Source of the DNA: Thelocarpon superellum
Lineage: Eukaryota
Direction of reading: 5' to 3'
Length of the DNA stretch: 41,719 nt
NCBI GenBank assembly: GCA_026025795.1
Contig: JAPEUG010000118.1
Coordinates: 1 to 41,719 of the forward strand
In this document: in pieces, positions 11,477 to 21,529 of the stretch
Numbering within the stretch: the stretch's first letter is position 1
Layout: every line of letters begins with the position of its first letter
Position numbers and translations under genes: made by a program
Notes under the pieces: generated by a model
Told to the model about the DNA's origin: nothing
What the model saw: only the letters and a program-made list of their open reading frames with translations
The model's database searches: none

Positions 11477-12681
11477 TCACCACGCTCTTCCCTCCATGCC
11501 TGCGGCCAGCCCGGGACCCGGAGACGGAAGGCGCGGCAGGCCAAGGAGGATGAGGCCCTCCCCGACGCCGTCGCAGATGCCGCCCGCGACACCCTCCAGC
11601 CACCAGGCCGCGAGTCCATTGACGGCCTGACCGAGTTTGCCGTCGCCGAGCCGGGCGACGGCGCTGCCGACCTCGAGACCGCGCTTGCCGAGGGTGTCGA
11701 CGGTGTCGATGCTGGCCGCCAAAATTTTCTCCGAGACGCGGTGGGTGCGCTCGTAGTTGTAGGCGCTGCGGAGGAGCCCCCTGATGTAGGGCAGGAGGAA
11801 CTGACAGAGGAGGAAGAACTGCACAATGGTCGAGGCCAGCGTGCGATGGAGGATGGAGGGCGGCGCGGGTTGGGTGGAGTGCCGCGATGGGTGGCCCGGC
11901 CCGATGACTTGTTGACGCGCGTTGATCTCGAGGCGTAGCGGCTCGACGACGCCGGCGGGGAGGGCGGCCCGGACTCCGAGTTGCTCCTCGGGCGAGAGGT
12001 CCGACGGGAGACCTCGCAGGAGGTAGGTCACGGCGTGGATGTACAGCTGGCGGCCTAGCATGGCTTCCTCCTCCGCGGCGTCATCGTGGAGGCCGTGCGA
12101 CTCCTCTACGGAGAGACCAAGCAGATTGAGGCCTGGATGGATCACGGGTCAGCACCGGACGAGACCGTCAGCCTCATCCCTCGCTCACCTTGATTGGCGA
12201 ACTTCCAGGCGATACCGGTCCTGGTGTCCGCATGGCGTCCCGACGCCCGGGAGTCGGCCGAGGACGGTCGATCCTCCTTCCAGCCGTTCGGATCGTCGAG
12301 GAGACACAGGCTCAATTCTTCGTTATACCGGGTGAGTGCTCGCGGTGGGCTCCCGCCCGATCGGTCTGGCGCATAGGCGGGTGGAGGGGTCTCGGCGCCA
12401 CTGGAGGTGGCCGTGGTCGACGCCACGCCCGCACTCGGCGCTAGGCTCATGGAGCGGCGATGACTGTTGGCGTCGAGAGCGGGTGGAGGCGGTCTCGACG
12501 GACGACGTGGAAGAGCGGGCCGGTTGCGCAGGGAGGGAAGCCGGGGGATGCGGTCCTGGATCTTGGCCGGCAGCATGGAGAAGAAGAAGGCTGAGCGCGG
12601 CATGTCGACGAGGTCGACCAGCGACGCTTGGGCCTTCTCGCGCGCTGACGGCGGGGTCGACGTCCGGGAAGTCAGGGACAT
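11477..12681 (-). CDS. Fungal hypothetical protein; model complement(join(11477..12132,12189..12681))
   Basis: Two ORFs joined in frame by intron 12133-12188 (GTGAGC..GCTGAC..CAG), giving TGIAWKFANQG|LNLL...RQLYIHAVTYLLRGLPSDLS...LHRTLASTIVQFFLLCQFLLPYI (hydrophobic segment). Coding-like codon usage. Function unknown. Confidence 0.75.
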
Positions 12682-14187
12682 GTTGAGGGTGCGCCGCGAC
12701 TGAAATGATCGCAATCACGCCGAAGGAGGATGTATCTGGCGGTGGAGGGGCGCCTCTGTCGGAGGTAGGATGGTGGGGTCGTGGAGGGCGCTCAAGGAAC
12801 GAGCCGCGCCGGGATTCTCGTACACATGGGCGTGCTTCAGCCAAGACGGATGGGGGGTGCAAAGGTGCGATGGAGAGGGAGGCTCGAGGATGGTCGACAT
12901 TCTTGAGGCATCGGACGGGCGAAGGAGGGTATCATGCCGGGCCAGGAAATCGTTGAACCTGGGAGCATCACATGCGACAGGCACTGGCGCGAAACGCATT
13001 CGCCATTCCGGTCGGTTACGGGGGGGCCGCGGGGGTTATCCGACTGACAATCTGATGGGGGCCACCCGAGGCTCGCTTGGCGGAGTGGCGTGGAATGTGC
13101 GCAGAACGGCGGTGCTGTCGCTGGGTCCGGCGTGCGGCCAACGGGCGATCCGCCCGGTGCTGCTGCCATGACAGGTCAGGCCAATGAGCGGGCCGCCTGC
13201 TCCACGACCTGCGCTCTGACGAGGGGGTCGCGCCCGGTCGGGCGATTGGGGATCGAAGCTGCACCACGCTGCATCAGAACATCCGCTCGGTCGGACGATC
13301 GCTGCTGTTTCCACTTCGGTTTTCCGTCGCCGTCGCTTGCATCTCATACTCTACTGGAGTTACCAACGTGTAGTCGAGTCCCGAGGAGTAGCGGTGCGAG
13401 TTCGTGTTCTTCCATTGCCTAACGTGACCACTCGATAGATCGCCGGTACGAGGCGACAAAAGGACAAGTAATCCAGACTGTTCGCTTTCTGGAGTAGCAT
13501 TATGTTAAGCTATCTGGAGTACGTTAGGCTATCTCATTCTCTACTCGCTGTGAGCGTCTGCCCTACGTTGCTTCACGTGAGACGGCCAGCGCCCCTCTCA
13601 CAGAAGTCCTTCGGCTCAGGTGACGATTCGTCTTTGGAAAAGTGTCGATGAACATGACCTGCAGGTGATCAGAGCCTCGTGGAGGGCCCCGGACTTAGAA
13701 AAGACTCAATGAGAAGAATTAAGAGCAATTGATCGACTTTTCTTTTTTTGTTCTGAAGGAATTCAATCTACCACAACAAAGTTTGGTGCAAAGAAGTGCG
13801 AATCAAACCGAGAGCATGAAATTCATATGGGAGGGCACATTTGTAAAGAAATCATGCCATCAGCCCGATCACGATGCGAATGCGCCTTTAGATGCACGAG
13901 CATTCACAGTATCGATCACGGCGGACGGATGCAAATGCTCCGACGTGCGTGGCTGAGAGGCTCTTGATGGGCTAATTGTTCGTCAACGTCGGTCGCCGGT
14001 AGTTGATAGAGGAAATGGACGCTAAGGAAGCCGATCCTTGAGGTCTCGTTCAGCGGAAAAAAGTCGCCAGCCCTCCAGATCCAATCACGTCGCATCTTTC
14101 CGACACTCCAAGAGCCACGAAGATTGAACACGTTCCTTCCATACGACAACCAATGCGCTCGCTATCTCCATCGTGTCTTCATCTACC

Positions 14188-16284
14188 ATGATCCTTGGTG
14201 CGCTCCGGCGCGGCCCGTCAGTCGCGGCCAGGACGCTTCGAGCCGGCCGGCCCCGTCGAGCACGGCTTCCCTGCGTCGAGTCATGGTCAATCGTTCCACG
14301 CAACAGTAGAATAGCCGGCCACGTCCAATCGTTTCACACCACCTCGAGATGGCTACAACAGAGCGTTGGCTTGGCCGAAGTCGATTCGCTCCTCGAGCAC
14401 GTCGAGTCGGATAGGCACGAGCGAAAAGCGGACCAGGCACACGAGGGACCCGTGACCCGCTTTGAGCAGTTGGCCGAGCGAGGTTTGGTCAACGAGAAGA
14501 TCATCGAGGCCTTGACCCAGGGCATGCGTCTCGAGACCATGACACAAGTCCAGAGCATGACCATTCCCGACACCCTCGTGGGCAAGGATGTGCTGGCGCA
14601 GGCCCGGACCGGCACCGGCAAGACCCTGGCCTTCCTCATCCCAACCCTCGAGAACATCCTCCGCGCCCAGCCCGAGCTCGTATCGCCACGCGCGCGACAA
14701 GGCACCTCGACGTCGGATATTCTCGGCTTGATCATCTCGCCCACCCGAGAGCTGGCAGAGCAGATCGCGGTCGAGGCGAGGAGAGCGACGGCACGGCTCG
14801 GCGTCGTGGTGCAGACGGCGGTCGGGGGCACCGGCAAGCGTTATCAGCTACAGAAGATGAAGCGAGAGGGCTGCCACCTGCTCGTCGGCACGCCGGGTCG
14901 GCTCAAGGACGTGCTCAGCGACCCATACTCGGGCGTCTCGGCCCCGAAGCTCAACACCTTCGTGCTGGATGAAGCCGACCGTCTGCTGGACCAGGGCTTC
15001 TGGCCGGATATCCAGGCACTTGGTCGCCTCCTGCCCCCGCGACGTGAAGTGGATCGACAAACCCTGATGTTCTCCGCCACCGTCCCCGACGACGTGATCC
15101 AGGCGGTGCGCGAGACGATGAAGCCCGACTACAACTTTATCCGCACCGTGCAACATGGGGAGGAGCCGACACATCTCAAGGTGCCGCAGCGCTTCGTCAC
15201 CGTGGAGGGATACGAGAACATACTACCCACCTTGCTGGAGCTCTGCAAGCGGGAGGTCGCGGGACGGGCTCAAACCGCCGCCCCGTTCAAAGCCATTGTG
15301 TACTTCAACGCGACCGCGCTCGTCCGCTTGGCAGCGACGACGTTTGAGCATCTACGGGGCGCGGATGGCAGTCTCTTTGGCCGATCGCCGCTCCATCCAG
15401 CCGTTTTGGTTGAGATGCACGCCCGACTCTCGCAACAGCAGCGGACGCGGGCGTCGCAGCTCTTCCGCAAGGCCCCCAGCGCCATCATGTTCTCGAGCGA
15501 CGTGTCCGCGCGCGGCATGGATTTCCCCAACGTCACGCACGTCATCCAGGTCGGCGTGCCGCCCAAGCAAGAAGACTACATCCACCGCCTGGGGCGCACA
15601 GCGCGCGGGCACAACGAGACGGGCGAAGGCTGGGTGCTGATGCCGAGCGTCGAGCTGCGGGAGATGCGGCAGCGGCTGCGTGGTCTCCCGCTCAAGGCAG
15701 ACACCTCGCTCGAGTGCGCGGAGATCGACATGCGCGCGCCGGCACAACTGCCCGCCCACGTGGCCGAGACGCTCACGATTGTCGTGGACGCCAGCAAGCA
15801 GGTCAACGTGCGGACGAAAGCCGAGGCCTACCGGGCGGCGCTGAGCTCGCTCGGCCACGTGCCGGCCCAGCAACGCGTCGACGCGCTCAACAACCTGGCT
15901 ACGTACGGATGGGGCATGGAGACGCCGCCGGGGACGTCGCCGGGACTCGCGCGAAAACTGGGCCTGTCGCGGGTCCGGGGCTTGAACACGGCCGCATCGG
16001 CTTACGACGCCGAGGACGGCGCGCCGGGCTTCTCCCGCGATCGGCCCGATCGGCCGGGCTTCGAGCGCCGCGGAGGATTCGGCGGTCGGGAGTCGCGAGA
16101 TCGCTTGGGCGGTGGCACAAGAGGCGGCGGCGACTCGTTTGGCGGAGGCGGACGGAGCCGCAGTGGTGACAGAGGCGGTCGAAGTGGAGGCTTTCGTGGC
16201 TTCAACGGTGATCGGAGAGGTGGAGGCGAGCGGGGCGAGCGGGGAGGAGATCGAGGGGGACGAGAGCGACAACGCTCGTATTGA
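14188..16284 (+). CDS. MSS116: Mitochondrial DEAD-box RNA helicase Mss116/CYT-19-like, intronless
   Basis: Q-motif (MTQVQ), AQARTGTGKT, SPTRELA, GTPGRL, LDEAD, FSAT, SDVSARGMDF, YIHRLGRTAR. Arg-rich presequence-like N-terminus and a basic RGG-rich C-terminal tail. ATG 14188 is in ACCATG context. Confidence 0.88.
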   Translation: MILGALRRGPSVAARTLRAGRPRRARLPCVESWSIVPRNSRIAGHVQSFHTTSRWLQQSVGLAEVDSLLEHVESDRHERKADQAHEGPVTRFEQLAERGLVNEKIIEALTQGMRLETMTQVQSMTIPDTLVGKDVLAQARTGTGKTLAFLIPTLENILRAQPELVSPRARQGTSTSDILGLIISPTRELAEQIAVEARRATARLGVVVQTAVGGTGKRYQLQKMKREGCHLLVGTPGRLKDVLSDPYSGVSAPKLNTFVLDEADRLLDQGFWPDIQALGRLLPPRREVDRQTLMFSATVPDDVIQAVRETMKPDYNFIRTVQHGEEPTHLKVPQRFVTVEGYENILPTLLELCKREVAGRAQTAAPFKAIVYFNATALVRLAATTFEHLRGADGSLFGRSPLHPAVLVEMHARLSQQQRTRASQLFRKAPSAIMFSSDVSARGMDFPNVTHVIQVGVPPKQEDYIHRLGRTARGHNETGEGWVLMPSVELREMRQRLRGLPLKADTSLECAEIDMRAPAQLPAHVAETLTIVVDASKQVNVRTKAEAYRAALSSLGHVPAQQRVDALNNLATYGWGMETPPGTSPGLARKLGLSRVRGLNTAASAYDAEDGAPGFSRDRPDRPGFERRGGFGGRESRDRLGGGTRGGGDSFGGGGRSRSGDRGGRSGGFRGFNGDRRGGGERGERGGDRGGRERQRSY

Positions 16285-16445
16285 TCTCCACTTTTCCTCT
16301 CTACCTCCCTCTTCATGCCCCCTTTGCCCTCCCGCCCGTCCCGCTTCGCTCGTCGTTACTTGACCCTTCGCCCTCTTTTCCTGTCGTACCCGTTTCTGCT
16401 CTACTCTACTCTACCCTTCTCGCTGTACAATATGGAGCACTAGAC

Positions 16446-16490
16446 GGATCATCAGGATCATCAGGATCATCAGGATCATCAGGATCATCA
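16446..16490. repeat. Minisatellite (GGATCATCA)x5 between the convergent 3' ends of MSS116 and the TF gene
   Basis: Five perfect 9-nt copies read directly. Confidence 0.95.
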
Positions 16491-16692
16491 GGGTGTGGCT
16501 GGCGTAGCGCAAGGATTTACTTGGGAGAATTTTGTTTCTATCGATTTCTCAAACGGAAGATTGAACTGAAGGCTTTCTTCTCATCCTTTTCGTTTTCCTT
16601 TCGTTTTCGTCGTTGTCATCATCATTAACATTACCATCATCAACGTCAACGTCAACATTACCCCCGACGGACCATAACTTAAAGCAAATCTC

Positions 16693-18801
16693 TCACAACG
16701 CATCATTGCTACCACTGCCACCGCCGCCCGTGAAGCCGGCATATCTTGGTGCGGGATCCTCGGAAGGAGACAGGGGTTGGGGCAGCAGCTGCAGCTCGTG
16801 AGTCGGGAGGGAGCCACCACCGTCCGGCATCAAGCCATAAGACTGCTTGAAACGAGCCAGCCACTCCGCGTTATCGGCGGCGGTCTGGTTCCAGGAGTCG
16901 GCCTCGCGGAAGACGATCAGGCGCGCTTGATCCTGCAGCATTTCGTCGGAGGGGACGACGCGCTGGGCGATCTGGTCGCGCACCCAGGCCGCCAACAGCT
17001 TCTCGAGCCGCTTGTAGCAGTAGGAGTCCTGCGTGGGCAGGTCGGCCGGGTCGAAGCCGCAGCTGAGAAAGGTTGGGTCGGCCTCGTAGGGCGCAGGTGT
17101 GGGGTGCTGGCTGGCGCGGAAGGGGTTCAGAGAGCGCCGCTCCTGGTCGATCAGCCAGGGGGGCATGTCGCTCTGCAAGCTGGCCATCACGGCCGGCTCG
17201 AAGCCCCAATCGCCTTTCCAGTCCGCCATCTGGGCGCCGGCGCGGAAGTGCGCGGCGAGGTGGTCGACGCGCGCGTGCCACGTGTGGAAGGAGGCCTGGC
17301 AGAAGCCGCACCGCGATTGGACCTCGTCCGTGCTGCATTTCCACGTGTCCATGTCCACGTCGATGTTGAGCCCGTGCGTGAGCCGCAGGTGTTGTCGCAC
17401 GTGGTCTTTCCGGTAGAACGTCCGCTCGCTCAGGCCCTTGTCTTGGCATTGCGAGTAGTTGTGTGTTTCGAGGTGGTCCTCGGAGGGATTGGGTGCCTGG
17501 CAGAAGGCGCAGAGGAACGGACCGTCCGGCATGGCGACGCTGCCGCCGTGCGGCGCGCAGACCCATCGCTCGAGGCTGAGGTGGAGCGACTTCTCATGCC
17601 GTTGCCAGTCGTGCTTGGTCTTGAAGCTGTCCGTACAGAAGGTGCATTGGAACATGCGCGCGTGCTGCGAGTCTGTGGTGCGGTGGGTCGTAGGCCGCCG
17701 ACGTCGACGTCGTTCGTGGTTCTTCTTCCCATTCAGCAGAGAGCCCAGCGAGCTCTGGGATTGATTGGAAAAGGCCGAGGCAAAGGAGTAGTCGGATCCG
17801 CTCGAGAAGCGCGTCTCCTGGCTGCTCAGCGACGGGGCGCGGAAGAAAGCCGAGCCCATGCTGGAGCCGGCGCTGGAGTCGCGCTGATGGTCAGTCGCGT
17901 GCTCGGAAACGGAGGCGTACTGGTCAAACGGCCAGGTCGACGTAGCCACGGCATCCGCAATGGCCGTTACCGATGCCGGTTCGTGCTCCGGCGGTGAATG
18001 CCGCCATCGCTCCAGCGGTGTCATGTCTTGTGCCTCCAAGGGCGCATGCGGGCCGGGAATCGGGACCGGCGCCGTCGCCTGTATCCCGTTCCCGCCGTTG
18101 GCCTGGCCCGAGACCGGGCTCACTTTTCCCCGACGCCGAGCATTGGCCAGCCAATTGGAGATCTGACTGATCTTGAGTCCCGTCCGTTGCTTGAGCTGGT
18201 CCTTCTCCTCCTCGGTCGGATAAGGGTGGCTCGCATGGTCGGCCAACCAGCGCTTCAGGATGCGCACGGAGTCGCGGGAGAGTCGGGCACCATGCTTGCC
18301 TGCGCGGCCGGACATGGGCTCCGACCCGTCACGATCCTTCGACGACCCCGTCTCAGCCAGCTCACCCTCGAGGGTGCAGGCGTAGTCCAATGAGCTGATG
18401 CGCCGACTGCCCAACTTGGTGACTCGGTCGGGCCCTACGGCCAAGCTGCAGCGGATGCCCATGGTCGAACAGATGGTGCAGGCGGTGCGCTCTTTGCAGA
18501 TGAAGAAGCATTCGAAGCGATGGCTCCGGCAGTAGTCGCACGGATTGGCTGGCTGGGAGTAGCTCGGAGCCGACACACTCAAATCGGCCATCCCGCTCAG
18601 CTCATCGGCCCGTCCGGCCTGTCCGGCCTGCCCGCAGGTGTCCGCGTCGCCTGGGTTGGTTACCCGATTCGGCACGGACAGGGTATCAGGCGAAGGGCGT
18701 AGACCCGATGCCCACGACGCGTCTGGGCTGATTGGGGCGGGGCTGGGGAGCTCATGCTTGTGCAGGGCCACGGAGGCTTCCTCAAAGTCGAAATACTCCA
18801 T
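16693..18801 (-). CDS. Transcription factor with Zn(II)2Cys6-like cluster, TALE-class homeodomain and C2H2 zinc fingers, intronless
   Basis: ATG 18801 (MEYFDFEEA). CX2CX6CX9CX2CX6C at 18448-18540. Homeodomain RLSRDSVRILKRWLADHASHPYPTEEEKDQLKQRTGLKISQISNWLANARRR with the TALE PYP loop. C2H2 finger FQCTFCTDSFKTKHDWQRHEKSLH plus further CxxC..H..H units. Confidence 0.92.
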   Translation of the reverse strand: MEYFDFEEASVALHKHELPSPAPISPDASWASGLRPSPDTLSVPNRVTNPGDADTCGQAGQAGRADELSGMADLSVSAPSYSQPANPCDYCRSHRFECFFICKERTACTICSTMGIRCSLAVGPDRVTKLGSRRISSLDYACTLEGELAETGSSKDRDGSEPMSGRAGKHGARLSRDSVRILKRWLADHASHPYPTEEEKDQLKQRTGLKISQISNWLANARRRGKVSPVSGQANGGNGIQATAPVPIPGPHAPLEAQDMTPLERWRHSPPEHEPASVTAIADAVATSTWPFDQYASVSEHATDHQRDSSAGSSMGSAFFRAPSLSSQETRFSSGSDYSFASAFSNQSQSSLGSLLNGKKNHERRRRRRPTTHRTTDSQHARMFQCTFCTDSFKTKHDWQRHEKSLHLSLERWVCAPHGGSVAMPDGPFLCAFCQAPNPSEDHLETHNYSQCQDKGLSERTFYRKDHVRQHLRLTHGLNIDVDMDTWKCSTDEVQSRCGFCQASFHTWHARVDHLAAHFRAGAQMADWKGDWGFEPAVMASLQSDMPPWLIDQERRSLNPFRASQHPTPAPYEADPTFLSCGFDPADLPTQDSYCYKRLEKLLAAWVRDQIAQRVVPSDEMLQDQARLIVFREADSWNQTAADNAEWLARFKQSYGLMPDGGGSLPTHELQLLPQPLSPSEDPAPRYAGFTGGGGSGSNDAL

Positions 18802-19588
18802 TGAGTCAAGTGTGGCGGAAGGGATGGAATAGAAGTGCCGTGGGAGGTGGTGCAACGATCGAAGATCACGATTCTCTGACTCAGACCAGTCACCTCGAGG
18901 ACGGCACACGAGCGACTCCCCCTAATCGAAGAAGACTATGGAGTGCGTCACGCAGATCAATCGCAGTCTCAATTGATGTTCATGGGCACACACGAACATG
19001 GAGTAGGGAGATGGGAGGTTCACGATAAACTGAGAAGAATAAGGCGAGTGAGCTTGGTACTTGGGACGGCGTGTTGCTGCCTGGATTCCCAACCGCCTTC
19101 CTGCGGTGGATATCCGATCGAGACAGTCATGGCAACGGACGTGCGTTGTTAGTGATCTCTTACATACGCCTCGCCGGTCCTCTGGGGTACCAAGGTACCA
19201 TCGGGAGATGCCGATGCCACTGGATTACGGAGGATCTCCCGATGACATCGGCCACGCCCTTCGCGCTCATTCGGGATAAGCGTCGTAGGGCCAAGTACGA
19301 GAACAATGAACAAGCGCATTTGTCAGCGAAGCCTTCTTCCCGGCGTCGGCTCTGCTAACATAGTCCTCCTCTCTTGCTTGGTCACACAATGGAGCGAGGC
19401 TAGCACGACTGGTGTCCACCGCCGGCGTGGGGCATTTCATTACATTATTGGAGGCATCCCAAAACCTTCGATTGCTCCAAAGTCCGCGTCGACCATCTTC
19501 GCGCGGTAAACGACGCTTCACGTGAGCACGTATGTATTTGGTTGCACGAAATGCCCTGTGGCGTTGCGGGGCGTCTCCTGCTCAGAAA

Positions 19589-19648
19589 GTACCCGTGCCA
19601 GTACCCGTGCCTGTGCCAGTGCCAGTGCCAGTGCCAGTGCCGGTGCCT
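19589..19648. repeat. Hexamer tandem array (GTRCCN)x10, core (GTGCCA)n, in the TF/OMT divergent intergenic region
   Basis: gtaccc gtgcca gtaccc gtgcct gtgcca gtgcca gtgcca gtgcca gtgccg gtgcct. Confidence 0.9.
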
Positions 19649-20123
19649 CAACCCTGGTATCTTTCCAGCCCCAGATCAGGGCGCACCGCTTCCGCTCTTC
19701 TTCCAGAATGTTCGCTTCTCTACCAACCCTATCTCAATGTGGATCAATTGCTCCCATCCATGGCCCATCCATGGTTTGTAGGCGTCATCGCAACCATATA
19801 GACCCGCCAGTATGATGACCCGGCGGGAGACGGGTCGACTGTCAGCTACAGACGGGACGAGATGATTCGCTGACCTGCGCACGATCGTTGATCGATTGCG
19901 AGCTTACTCTCCGCGCGGGGCGGAATGGTGCTTACACGAGGATTGACCAGGAGAGGATCGGCGTTCTCATCTCCACCACGGACTCGTGTCAGATCTTCGT
20001 ACGGCGATAAGCTCCTAGGTTCGAATACATATACGGCTGCCCAAGTCGTCGTTTCACTCGTAGAAATCCTACTTTCAAGCCACGGCAAGCTCCATCGATC
20101 ATTGCTAGAGGCAACATCGTGAC

Positions 20124-21529
20124 ATGGACGAGGTCACCCCACAATCCGCCCAGGGGCACCCCGTTCCCGCCTTACTTGAAGACATTGCTGCCCAGGGCAA
20201 GGCGTGGCTCCAGGATGACCCGCAGGCGCGCAAGCTGCTCATCAGCCGTGCTCGCTCGCTGATCACCGCGCTGGAGACGCCGCCGGAGGCCGTCATCCGT
20301 CTATGTTGGGCCGAGGTCAGCGCATCCGTTCAGCTTGCAGTCCACGTCGAGCCTGGCTGATCTCGCGCTCGACAGCCTGCTGGGTACTCGGCCGCGCGAA
20401 CGGCGGTCGCCATGGGCTTGTTCGACAAAGTCGCCGACCGCCCGTCCGTGCCGAAGAGCAGTGCCCAGCTCGCGGCGATGATCGGGGCCGAGGCGCGCCT
20501 TGTCAGTACGCGCATCGCCTCCGCCGCCGCGCGCGCGGCAGACACGACGCAGGGGCAGGCTAACGTCGGATAGGTCGTGTCGCGAAGCATCTCGTAGCCA
20601 TGAACATGCTGGGTGAGGCCGGAGCAGACCAATACGTCGCCACGCCCCTCTCCCGAGCCTGGACCGACCCTCGTCTTCGGGATGGCATCTCCTTCTGGTA
20701 CGGAGCCCGCATGCTCATCCGACCGAGACTCTACGTGAGCTGAGCAGTCGATAGCTTCGACTTTCATGGTCCGATACAACAGGGACTGCCGTCATATCTT
20801 GCCGCACATGGCTTCAAGGACCCCGATGATGCCAAAGACAGCGTCTGCGCGGAGGCGCTTGGGAGTGACGCCTTCACCTGGATCGCAAAACATCCCGGCC
20901 TCCTCGAAGCTTTCAAAAACCACATGGCCGGCTATCACATCGGCCGACCGAGCTGGATGGACGACGGCTTTTATCCCGTGCAGGACCGCTTGGTCCACGG
21001 CTTCCGCGCCGGATCCGACGCGGTCATGTTAGTTGACGTGGGTGGGGCGACCGGCCATGACCTCCAAGAGCTGAAGATGAAGCACCCCCACCTGCCGGGC
21101 CGATGCGTTTTGCAGGATCAGCCCGCCGTGATCGCTCAGATCACGAGGCCGCCGGACGGGATCGAGCCGATGTCGCACGACTTCTTCACTCCGCAGCCAG
21201 TGCTTGGGGCGCGCGCATACTTTCTACACTCCGTCCTACATGACTGGAACGACGACAAGTGCCGCAAGATCTTGTCACAACTGGTGCCGGCCATGACCAA
21301 GGGCTACTCCAAGATCCTGATCCATGAGAACGTCGTGCCGGATGAGGGTGCGCACTGGGGCATGACCTCGCTTGACCTGCTCATGATGGGTGTCGCCTCT
21401 GCACGTGAGCGCCCGGCGAGGCAGTGGCACGAGCTTGTGGCATCCGTGGGTCTGAAGATTAGCGGCATCTGGACCAAAGATTCCGCGTGCGAGTCTTTGA
21501 TCGAGTGTGTGTGGGCCGATGACCCGTGA
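20124..21529 (+). CDS. Fungal SAM-dependent O-methyltransferase (Methyltransf_2/COMT-type, OmtA/OmtB-like); model join(20124..20315,20376..20505,20574..20697,20755..21529)
   Basis: LVDVGGATGHD (motif I), VLQDQP, HDFFTPQP, YFLHSVLHDWND (catalytic His-Asp) and ARER..QWHEL. N-terminal dimerisation region assembled through introns 20316-20375, 20506-20573 and 20698-20754, all GT..AG with branch sites. Confidence 0.92.

Noticed and set aside
16446..16490. Tandem repeats (here and at 3465 and 19589) as a CRISPR-like array
   Set aside because: No spacers; these are simple eukaryotic micro/minisatellites.
16777..17997. 406-aa antisense ORF over the TF gene (also 1391-2566, 15352-16272, 35354-36250, 36302-37228)
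   Set aside because: Shadow ORFs expected from GC-rich codon bias opposite genuine genes; no recognisable motifs.
19812..19873. ATGATGA...CTGA resembling a C/D-box snoRNA
   Set aside because: Only about 60 nt, weak terminal stem, and no recognisable rRNA guide sequence.
20018..20027. GGTTCGAATA, similar to a tRNA T-loop/B-box
   Set aside because: No T-stem, acceptor stem or D-arm can be formed around it.
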